A DNA stretch of 32,000 nucleotides from Thermosulfurimonas dismutans (lineage in GTDB: Bacteria; Desulfobacterota; Thermodesulfobacteria; Thermodesulfobacteriales; Thermodesulfobacteriaceae): the NCBI RefSeq assembly GCF_001652585.1, contig NZ_LWLG01000002.1, forward strand, positions 210,001 through 242,000. The letters run 5' to 3'. A program made the position numbers and the translations under genes. The notes below the pieces were generated by a model. It was not told where the DNA came from. It worked only from the letters and a program-made list of their open reading frames with translations, and made no database searches. Below, one piece after another: positions 19,831-26,158 of the stretch (positions within the stretch are counted from its first letter, which is position 1; each line of letters starts with the position of its first letter).

Positions 19831-19905
19831 TTATTCTCCAGACCAGGCTATTAAAGCTACTATCCAACCAATTATTGCTAAAGCTACCAGACCCCAGGGT
19901 ATCAT
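19831..19905 (-). CDS. 24-aa single-pass transmembrane micro-protein (MIPWGLVALAIIGWIVALIAWSGE)
   Basis: Found by manual translation; it is below the ORF-track length cutoff. The ATG is preceded by AAAGGAGGTG with a 4-nt spacing, one of the best RBS matches in the window. The peptide has a hydrophobic core flanked by Trp residues and ends at a TAA stop. Confidence 0.5.
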   Translation of the reverse strand: MIPWGLVALAIIGWIVALIAWSGE

Positions 19906-19948
19906 AATGCACCTCCTTTGACTTAGTTGTGTTCAAAAAAATTCCTCT

Positions 19949-20506
19949 TTAGAAAGGCCCCTGATGTCCCGGAGGCATGGACCACAAAATAGCTGGAATA
20001 GCGAAGGTATAAAGAGCTGCAAAAGTTACTACATATCCCAGCAACTTTTCGCTTACCTTTCCATTCATGAAAAAGCCGGCAATATTCATGGCTACAAACC
20101 ACACAAAAGCAATCGAAAAATGATAGATCCACTTGGGCGTGGGATACACCAGCCAGTAAACCCCGTAAGCCAGGGTGAGCCAGCCAATAAGAATAAAGAC
20201 TGCCCCCAATTGTCGGCGAGGTTTAATGTCCCAGATCTCACAAACTCCCAGAGCCGTGAAGGCGAAAGCATACATGCCTGCAAGGCCTGTCACGAAATTG
20301 GTAAGGGAACCCAGGCCTTGGACCACCATCATGGCAATCAGAAAGGGCCACCACATCAAGCCCACCGTTAAGGTTATTACCCCCACCACCCTCTCGTTGG
20401 ACTTCTTGCGTTCGGGATCCAGGTGCAAAAGCCCGTTGGCCAAAAGAACTGCGGCACCAAGGTAAATGATAGGTGCAATCCATTTGCCAATCGTGGGATC
20501 CGCCAT
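19949..20506 (-). CDS. AmiS/UreI-family six-TM channel (urea/short-chain amide channel family)
   Basis: IIYLGAAVLLANGLLHLDPERKKS, MYAFAFTAL and a C-terminal YTFAIPAILW align by eye with AmiS/UreI (LLYVGaVL..Ng...l.k.d.k, LLFaFTYL, iftAWiPa.LL; recalled from memory). The start is set at MADPTIGKW (20506), which has a GAGGAGGTG RBS; the track start at 20521 lies inside that RBS. Confidence 0.72.
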   Translation of the reverse strand: MADPTIGKWIAPIIYLGAAVLLANGLLHLDPERKKSNERVVGVITLTVGLMWWPFLIAMMVVQGLGSLTNFVTGLAGMYAFAFTALGVCEIWDIKPRRQLGAVFILIGWLTLAYGVYWLVYPTPKWIYHFSIAFVWFVAMNIAGFFMNGKVSEKLLGYVVTFAALYTFAIPAILWSMPPGHQGPF

Positions 20507-20520
20507 TTTACACCTCCTCA

Positions 20521-20534
20521 ATCAAAATTTTGAT
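20521..20534. promoter_or_regulatory. Perfect 14-bp palindrome ATCAAAATTTTGAT immediately upstream of the RBS of the AmiS/UreI-like gene
   Basis: Read directly from the sequence; it is self-complementary over all 14 positions. It lies 3 nt from the Shine-Dalgarno sequence. No function has been demonstrated. Confidence 0.3.
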
Positions 20535-20615
20535 GTAAAAAAAGAAAGCCATCCCATCCTTTTTATCCCCTTATGGCTCTCACCCCCTTTCCCCTTTTAT
20601 TTTCTCCACTACCCT

Positions 20616-20858
20616 TTACGTAGGATCTAAAGCCTCCTCCCGGCTTATACGCTTGAATTTTCCCTCGCCCCGCTTTTCTACCTGGGCAGCGGAGCATTTT
20701 AGGCATCCAACAGTCCGACACCGGCCCCTCCACCTTATAGCCTCTTCGGAGCTGAAATTTTCTTCGGACGCCCTTACCCCTTTAATAGGAACAAAGAGAG
20801 AAAAAGCCCCTAAACGGGTCAGTTCTAAAATTGGAAAGTGTGAAACTTTGTATCCCAT
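20616..20858 (-). pseudogene. Decayed 5' relic of a paralogous Tat-dependent molybdopterin oxidoreductase gene
   Basis: The minus-strand 80-codon ORF MGYKVSHFPILELTRLGAFSLFVPIKG...RCRTVGCLKCSAAQVEKRGEGKFKRISREEALDPT* parallels the intact subunit (MEAKISRRKFLKLSGVAAFSPFIRLG...RCRMCAQQCPA...[~50 aa]...VGKRGEGKFKRISWEEALDRI). RR has become HF, ~50 aa including the fourth cluster Cys is deleted, and everything after residue ~115 of the intact protein is missing. I counted 42 of 58 identical nucleotides in the best-aligned stretch. Confidence 0.65.
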
Positions 20859-20894
20859 TCCCAGGCTTACTTTCACTTTTTTGCAGAGTTTTAA

Positions 20895-20912
20895 TGCAAA
20901 AATTGGACCCAA
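20895..20912 (-). promoter_or_regulatory. Candidate sigma-54 (-24/-12) promoter
   Basis: The minus strand reads TTGGGTCCAATTTTTGCAT. It has the invariant GG and GC at the consensus spacing (TGGCAC-N5-TTGCA) and a perfect -12 TTGCAT. The -24 element is only partly consensus (GGGTCC). It lies 37-54 nt upstream of the relic start codon and downstream of a sigma-54 activator gene. Confidence 0.35.
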
Positions 20913-20991
20913 AACATTTAGGAAAAACTCTCCAAAAGTTTTCAAAAAATTGTTCTAAAAAAGGCGAGGGGAAGGAAAAATTTTTGCGGGG

Positions 20992-21009
20992 TGCAACGTT
21001 TAAGTTGCA
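20992..21009. promoter_or_regulatory. Inverted repeat TGCAAC-N6-GTTGCA, a candidate enhancer (UAS) for the NtrC-type activator, or alternatively a weak hairpin after the regulator gene
   Basis: Perfect 6-bp arms, ~85-100 bp upstream of the candidate -24 element. The intervening DNA is rich in phased A/T tracts and contains AACAATTTTTTG (20943-20954), one mismatch from the IHF core WATCAANNNNTTR. Confidence 0.3.
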
Positions 21010-21015
21010 GGTATG

Positions 21016-22422
21016 CTACATTGAGGTTTCACTTCGGAAGTCCTCGGCAGAAATCCCATATTGACGGAGAAGACGCTGAAAACTCTGGCGCTCCAGACCA
21101 GCCAAGCGAGCCGCCTGGGTCACGTTTCCTCGGGTGCTTCGCAGGAGTCCTTCGAGATATCGTCTGGCAAATTGTTCTAGAACTTCTTTTTTGGCTTGAT
21201 GGTAAGGCTTATGGAATATGGCTTCCGAAGGCCTGGGCTTGTAGAAATCTCGAAGAGAATCTCTCAGGTCCTCTGGAGTGATCGCCGATCCCTTGGCCAG
21301 AAGGACGGCCCGTTTGACGGCGTTCTTGAGCTCCCGCACGTTGCCTTTCCAGGGATGTCGCATCAGGAACTCTAGGGCTTCGGGAGAAAAATCGAGGTCC
21401 TCCCTCTGATACTCTTTCGCGTATTTCTGGAGAAAATGGCGGGCCAGAAGAAGAATGTCCTCCCCTCTTTCGCGAAGTGGAGGCACCCAGAGCGTGACCT
21501 CGTTCAGGCGGTAATAAAGATCCTCTCGAAATTGTCCAGCGGCTATTTTTTCTTCAAGATCCTGATTGGTGGAAGCGATCACCCGCACTTCCACCTTTAC
21601 CGGACAAGTAGCTCCCAGGGGGCGCACCTCTCCATCCTGAAGGGCACGGAGGAGCTTTACTTGGAGATTGAGAGGCATGTCCCCAATTTCGTCAAGAAAG
21701 ATAGTAGATCCGTGGGCCTCTTGGAAAAGCCCGGGGTGGTCCCTTTCGGCCCCGGTAAAGGCTCCCTTGACATAACCGAAGAGTTCGCTTTCCAGGATAT
21801 TTTCCGGGATGGCCGCGCAATTCACCGCGACCATCTTTTTTTCACGCCGGTCACTCAAATGGTGGATGGCCCGAGCGATCTGTTCTTTGCCCGTCCCGGA
21901 TTCTCCCCGGATGAGGACGGCGATATCGCAGCGGGCCACCTGCTCGACCATGGCCATAAGCTCCCGAAAGACTGGGGATTGACCGATTATACCTAAGGAC
22001 TCCCACCAGCTTTCCTCGGCAGAACGCAACCGGAGGTTCTCCCGCAGGAGCTGAGTCCTCTCAAGAGCCCTTTTTACCAGATGCCGGAAATGGTCTTTAT
22101 CAAAGGGTTTGTTAACGAAATCATAGGCTCCCTTTTTAATGGCCTCCACGGCCATCTCGATGGTCCCGTAACCGGTGATGAGGATCACCGAAATGGTGGA
22201 ATCCCTTTCACGAATTCGTTCCAGGAGCTCCAAACCGTCCATCCCGGGCATCTTGATATCTGAGACCACCACTTCCGGGAGCAGCCGGTATACCTTTTCT
22301 AAGGCCTCTTCTCCAGAAAGCGCAATTTCCAGACGTAGCTCGCTCAGGGGTTTCAATATCTTCTGAAGAAGGCGTACCATCTGAGGTTCATCATCTACCA
22401 AAAGCACTGTGGCCTTAGGCAT
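21016..22422 (-). CDS. Sigma-54-dependent response regulator (NtrC family: receiver + AAA+ + Fis-type HTH)
   Basis: 468 aa. Receiver domain with the phospho-acceptor context VVVSDIKMPGMDG. Walker A GESGTGKE. The GAFTGA sigma-54 contact loop (KGAFTGAE). C-terminal HTH GNVTQAARLAGLERQSFQRLLRQYGI. Confidence 0.93.
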   Translation of the reverse strand: MPKATVLLVDDEPQMVRLLQKILKPLSELRLEIALSGEEALEKVYRLLPEVVVSDIKMPGMDGLELLERIRERDSTISVILITGYGTIEMAVEAIKKGAYDFVNKPFDKDHFRHLVKRALERTQLLRENLRLRSAEESWWESLGIIGQSPVFRELMAMVEQVARCDIAVLIRGESGTGKEQIARAIHHLSDRREKKMVAVNCAAIPENILESELFGYVKGAFTGAERDHPGLFQEAHGSTIFLDEIGDMPLNLQVKLLRALQDGEVRPLGATCPVKVEVRVIASTNQDLEEKIAAGQFREDLYYRLNEVTLWVPPLRERGEDILLLARHFLQKYAKEYQREDLDFSPEALEFLMRHPWKGNVRELKNAVKRAVLLAKGSAITPEDLRDSLRDFYKPRPSEAIFHKPYHQAKKEVLEQFARRYLEGLLRSTRGNVTQAARLAGLERQSFQRLLRQYGISAEDFRSETSM

Positions 22423-23962
22423 GAGACCTCTCCGGAAGCGTGATTCGAAAAAGGGTACATATATTCAAGGAAAGATAGGGTTCCTTAGAAGGGGGAGGCG
22501 AGAAGACCTCTATCTCACCGCCATGCTCCTTGATGATGGCGTAAGAGACTGAGAGTCCCAAACCCGTCCCCTTGCCGGGGGGTTTGGTGGTAAAAAAGGG
22601 TTCGAAGATCCGGTCCCGAATCTCCGAGGGGATACCGCAGCCGGTATCCCCTACTTCAAGGACCACCTTGCCTTCGGGCGAAAGAGCCGTCCAGATATGA
22701 ATTTCACCTCCCTCTTTCAAGGCATCCCGGCTATTGGTGAGAAGATTCATGACCACCTCCCGGAGCCGCTCCTCATTCCCTTCTATCTCCGGAATATCCC
22801 CGGGATGAAAAGAAATTCGAATTCCTGCTTTCTCAAAGGTATAATATACCATTCCTATTATCTGTTCGAGGAGTTCATTCAGAGAGAAACGGTGCCTTTC
22901 CGAAAACTTAGAAGACCGCGCAAAAAGAAGAAGATCGGAAATAAGTCTTCGACAGCTCTGGACCTGTTTTTCTATAATTTCAAGATCCTCTATGACTTCG
23001 CTTTCAGGCCAATTTTCCTTGAGGAGCTGGGTGTAGCCATAAATGATCCCCAGAGGGGTGTTGATCTCGTGGGCTATGCCTGCGGCCAGCTGACCCACAG
23101 CCGCCATTTTTTCGGAATGGATTAGCCGATCCATCATCTCCTTGAAAGAAGTAATGTCCTTTATAATGCCCTGACAGCCTAAACGGCATCCTTTTACATA
23201 TTCAATGGCGTTGGCAGTAATGATCACATATCGTTTTTCACCCCCACGGATTACGAGCTCGGTCTCGTAATTGTTGATCCAGCCCACGGAACAAAGTTGT
23301 TTCTTGTAATGTTTCCAATCTTCCTTTCGCAGAAAGAAATCTCCAAGGCTTCGGCCTACAATTTCCTCTTTAGAAAATCCCAAGAGTTTTAGACCGCTGG
23401 GATTGATATCTCTTAAACGCCCCTCAGCATCACAGAAAAAGATGGCATCTCCGGAAGCTTCAAATAACTTGCGGAACTTCTCTTCGGAAATGGCAAGCTC
23501 TTGAGTTCTCTCTTTTACCTTTTCTTCTAATTGCCGAGATAGCTCCTGAAGCTGGCGGTTGGCCTCTTCCAGTTTCCTCTTGGTCTTCTGTAGGGCCTGA
23601 GTCTCGGCACTCATCATATCAAAGAGGCGATAAACTACTGGAAATATCAAGGTCAGAAAGGCGGCCAAAAGAATAAAGACAGTATTGAAGGCTCCAGAGA
23701 AAGGAGCCAAGTGTTTCCAATATTTGGCATATCCGCTCCATAAAAGAAAAATATGAACTATGTGCCCAAAACTTCGAGAGAGTGCAAAGGCAGCAAATGA
23801 AAAAGACACCCCCAAAAGATAACCGAACAATATATTGCGAGGATTAATATACACAAGTCTAACAGCAGTTCCTAAAGACAAAAAAGCAAACAAAATCATT
23901 AAAAGTGCACCAATAAAATCAGCCAAAAAGACTGGATAAAAAGAAAATCTAAGAGTCAACAT
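22415..23962 (-). CDS. Membrane-bound PAS sensor histidine kinase
   Basis: About 4 TM helices, a coiled coil, a PAS domain ([24 protein letters not shown]), the HisKA H-box [12 protein letters not shown], and HATPase N/G boxes ([25 protein letters not shown]). It overlaps the regulator gene by 8 nt. The start is uncertain. I chose MLTLRF (23962), which has an AAGGA RBS. The frame stays open to 24103, where there is no RBS. Confidence 0.85.
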   Translation of the reverse strand: MLTLRFSFYPVFLADFIGALLMILFAFLSLGTAVRLVYINPRNILFGYLLGVSFSFAAFALSRSFGHIVHIFLLWSGYAKYWKHLAPFSGAFNTVFILLAAFLTLIFPVVYRLFDMMSAETQALQKTKRKLEEANRQLQELSRQLEEKVKERTQELAISEEKFRKLFEASGDAIFFCDAEGRLRDINPSGLKLLGFSKEEIVGRSLGDFFLRKEDWKHYKKQLCSVGWINNYETELVIRGGEKRYVIITANAIEYVKGCRLGCQGIIKDITSFKEMMDRLIHSEKMAAVGQLAAGIAHEINTPLGIIYGYTQLLKENWPESEVIEDLEIIEKQVQSCRRLISDLLLFARSSKFSERHRFSLNELLEQIIGMVYYTFEKAGIRISFHPGDIPEIEGNEERLREVVMNLLTNSRDALKEGGEIHIWTALSPEGKVVLEVGDTGCGIPSEIRDRIFEPFFTTKPPGKGTGLGLSVSYAIIKEHGGEIEVFSPPPSKEPYLSLNICTLFRITLPERSHA

Positions 23963-24398
23963 AAAATTCCTTAGAAAATTCTTGCAAACATTTCCAAAGA
24001 AAATACATCCCGGGAACACAAAATACATGATCAAACCGCAAAAAATAATAAAAACAAAAAGATAATTTCTTGCAATGCAAATAATCAGGCAAAACGGAAG
24101 CATAGTAAGAAAAATCTTTAAAAGGATATAGAATCTCCAGGAGATGAGCTAAAGTTGTGTCTACATTCCAAAGAAGGAAAAAGACAAAAGAAAGACAAAG
24201 ATAACGCCAAGCAGGACCAGACAAAGAAAGATAACGGTTAAACCAATAAAGGATCACTACAAGAGAAGAAAAAAAATAAAGATGACTAATAAGATGAACA
24301 TATGAACCTTCGGGACTGGGGTGAATCTGGATACTAAAAGCCTCTGAAGGCAAGGAAAACACGAAAAAAACACAAAAGAAAAAAAACAGCAAACTCAT
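23949..24398 (-). CDS. Hypothetical polytopic membrane protein with a signal-like N-terminus, possibly a detached sensor module of the kinase
   Basis: 149-aa ORF, Phe/Leu/Tyr-rich, with the N-terminal hydrophobic segment MSLLFFFFCVFFVFSLPSEA. Its 3' end overlaps the kinase frame. Only a weak RBS, and no recognisable motif. Confidence 0.4.
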   Translation of the reverse strand: MSLLFFFFCVFFVFSLPSEAFSIQIHPSPEGSYVHLISHLYFFSSLVVILYWFNRYLSLSGPAWRYLCLSFVFFLLWNVDTTLAHLLEILYPFKDFSYYASVLPDYLHCKKLSFCFYYFLRFDHVFCVPGMYFLWKCLQEFSKEFYVDS

Positions 24399-24632
24399 AC
24401 GCCTTAGAGATTTTTTGCAAAATCCACCAAAAGCTCCCCTAAAAATATCTTATCTAAACTTGACCGCCCCATCAACTGGTAACCTTCCAAAAATGTCCTG
24501 GCCAAACTCTATCCCTCCCGCTTCTGCTGGGGATCCCTAGGCCTCCTTTTCCAAAAAGGGAACTAAACCATAACATCTGTTTTGGCGATAAAGCTCGCGA
24601 CTCGAAGGTCCTCAAGGAGTGGGGTCGCAAAG

Positions 24633-24667
24633 AAGAGTTTTGCAAAAGTTTAGGTTTTGCAAAGCTC
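24633..24667. repeat. Inverted repeat made of two TTTGCAAA palindromes (AGAGTTTTGCAAA-N9-TTTGCAAAGCTCT) abutting the GT39 stop codon
   Basis: 13-nt arms with one mismatch, read directly. GTTTTGCAAA occurs at 24637-24646 and 24654-24663. A third copy, TTTTGCAAAA, is at 24413-24422. It could be an AU-rich terminator hairpin or an operator. Confidence 0.4.
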
Positions 24668-26158
24668 TCATTTAAAGTAACCTCTCCAAACCGAAAAAGA
24701 AAGCTGCTTGTTCCCAGGAAGTTTTATTTTTTGGAAAAGTATGAGATAGGCTTCACTAGAAGGACTATGACGGCCTTTCATTACAAAAAGTGCGGGCTTG
24801 CCCCGGAGATCTCCCGGAATCCCCCACAAATGGTACTGACTCTTAGGTATAGGTCCTTCAGGGAGCTGATATACTCTGGGATGATCCGGGAGGTAAAAGG
24901 CCAGTTCCGAGGCGAAGTAACGGTGATCTGTGAGGATTATATCTCCGGGTCTGCGATATTTCTGAACGATGTGAGCCATCTCCCGCCAGCCATGAAATCG
25001 AAAAAGTAGTCCGGATATGGCTGTAGGGAACTTCTCAGGAAAGCGTGGAAGTTCATAGAGGAGAAGGCTACTGGTAAAAGCTAATATCAGTCCCAGAAAA
25101 AATAGGCCCCGTAAAACTTTGACCAGTGGACGTCCTTTCAAGGAAAATATCAAAACGGTCGTCAAAACCAAACCAGAGACAAAGAAGGGCATGGGCCAGT
25201 TGGCGTTTACTTTGCGGAAAAAAGAAAGTGGGAGTACAGCAAGGTAAGGCCAGGCTGAAAGGGCCCAAAGATAGGTAAGACGAGGGTCCGATCGCCAATT
25301 CCTTCTCTTGAAGAGCATAACTACGCCCCAGATAAAAAGTCCAAAGATGAAGGGCGACAGGACTCCGGCCTGCTCAAGGAGGAAATTAAGAGGACCGAGC
25401 AAAGAAAAGGTTTCTTCTGCAAAGTGATGTTCCGTGTGCCGAAAGGTAATGAAATCGTGATGAGCAATCCAGTAAAGGTTAGGGCCCCAGAGCAAGAAGG
25501 CCGTAAGGAAAGCAAGCCAGGGGCCGGGGGTGCGGAGAAGGGATCTCCGGTAGCATAGAAGCCAAAGACCATAGAAGAAGCCAAAGGCTAACATGGTCTG
25601 TTTGGTGAGAAGCCCTAGACCACAAAAAATTCCGAGAAGAAACCAGTCTCTAAAACGATCTTTCTCGGCGGCCAGCCAGCCAAAGTAAAGGGCCCCGGCC
25701 CAGAAAAAAAGAAGTGGCGGATCAATAGTCATAAGAAGGCCGTAAACGGTAAATATAGGCACCAGGGCGGCCGCAAAGAGAGTCCAGCGAGCGCATAGTC
25801 TTTCGAACATACGGTAGCTCAAAAAATAGATAAAAATTAGAAAGCCAACACCGCAGAAGACCGCTGGTAGCCTGACCGCATATTCTGAGACTCCAAGAAG
25901 GCGTGTAGAGGCCGCAATCAGCCAAGCCACCATCGGCGGTTTGCTGTAATACCCCCAGGCGAGATTTCGAGACCAGTCCCAATAATAGGCTTCGTCCGGT
26001 GAGAGTTGAAGGGGGACTTCTCGTATATACGCCAATCGAAAGGCCAAAATTATCAAAATGAAAAGGCCTTCGATGGTAAAAAGCAAATCTAGGGGTCCCT
26101 TATCCTTCTTCTCCAAATCAGCCCTCCCACAAAGCCGATAAGACCTCCCAGAAACCAA
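24668..26158 (-). CDS. Glycosyltransferase family 39 (ArnT/PMT-like lipid-linked sugar transferase)
   Basis: The protein is polytopic. The first periplasmic loop, SPDEAYYWDWSRNLAWGYYSKPPMVAWL, matches the ArnT-type DEaYYw....l..GY.d.PP motif. The track start (26158) overlaps the PAP2 gene by 70 nt. An in-frame TTG at 26086, 2 nt after the PAP2 stop, is an alternative start. Confidence 0.78.
   Translation of the reverse strand: MVSGRSYRLCGRADLEKKDKGPLDLLFTIEGLFILIILAFRLAYIREVPLQLSPDEAYYWDWSRNLAWGYYSKPPMVAWLIAASTRLLGVSEYAVRLPAVFCGVGFLIFIYFLSYRMFERLCARWTLFAAALVPIFTVYGLLMTIDPPLLFFWAGALYFGWLAAEKDRFRDWFLLGIFCGLGLLTKQTMLAFGFFYGLWLLCYRRSLLRTPGPWLAFLTAFLLWGPNLYWIAHHDFITFRHTEHHFAEETFSLLGPLNFLLEQAGVLSPFIFGLFIWGVVMLFKRRNWRSDPRLTYLWALSAWPYLAVLPLSFFRKVNANWPMPFFVSGLVLTTVLIFSLKGRPLVKVLRGLFFLGLILAFTSSLLLYELPRFPEKFPTAISGLLFRFHGWREMAHIVQKYRRPGDIILTDHRYFASELAFYLPDHPRVYQLPEGPIPKSQYHLWGIPGDLRGKPALFVMKGRHSPSSEAYLILFQKIKLPGNKQLSFSVWRGYFK

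Noticed and set aside
19757-19948. A second sigma-54 promoter directly upstream of the catalytic subunit gene, or upstream of the micro-ORF.
   Set aside because: I scanned the minus strand for GG-N10-GC with a TTGCA-like -12 element. The nearest candidates (for example CTGGTAGCTTTAGCA) have the wrong spacing.
11976-20521. Longer start codons offered by the ORF track for trxA (12383), the porin (15783) and the AmiS/UreI-like gene (20521).
   Set aside because: In each case an internal ATG (12302, 15729, 20506) is preceded by a GGAGG-type RBS at correct spacing. Each internal start also gives a canonical N-terminus: thioredoxin of 108 aa, a porin signal peptide, and a channel start outside its own RBS. 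The longer versions overlap upstream genes or the RBS itself.
20616-20958. Track ORFs 20616..20945 (-, 109 aa) and 20653..20958 (+, 101 aa) considered as genuine genes.
   Set aside because: The minus-strand ORF runs through the candidate promoter, and its conserved part is explained as a decayed oxidoreductase relic. The plus-strand ORF is its antisense shadow. Neither has a convincing RBS.
20992-21009. The inverted repeat TGCAAC-N6-GTTGCA considered as the rho-independent terminator of the response-regulator gene.
   Set aside because: The stem is only 6 bp and is followed by CCCCGCAAAAATTTTT rather than an immediate U-tract. Its position relative to the candidate -24/-12 element fits an enhancer better. 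The terminator reading is not excluded and is noted in the feature.
15753-24420. Visibly AT-rich patches taken as evidence of horizontal acquisition of the molybdoenzyme locus. My spot counts of single 60-nt lines: 33 percent GC at 16021, 32 percent at 17761, 27 percent at 23941, versus 52 percent at 27541 and 75 percent at 2701.
   Set aside because: The AT-rich stretches coincide with transmembrane segments rich in Phe, Ile, Leu and Tyr codons. Other parts of the same operon are ~55 percent GC (line 19021). A proper sliding-window GC and codon-usage analysis is needed before any claim of foreign origin.
24404-24472. A 22-codon minus-strand ORF (MGRSSLDKIFLGELLVDFAKNL) with a GGAAGG sequence ~10 nt upstream, lying in the intergenic region before the kinase unit.
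   Set aside because: The RBS is weak and poorly spaced, the peptide has no hydrophobic or otherwise recognisable character, and the ORF overlaps one of the TTTGCAAA palindromes. The evidence is insufficient to call it.
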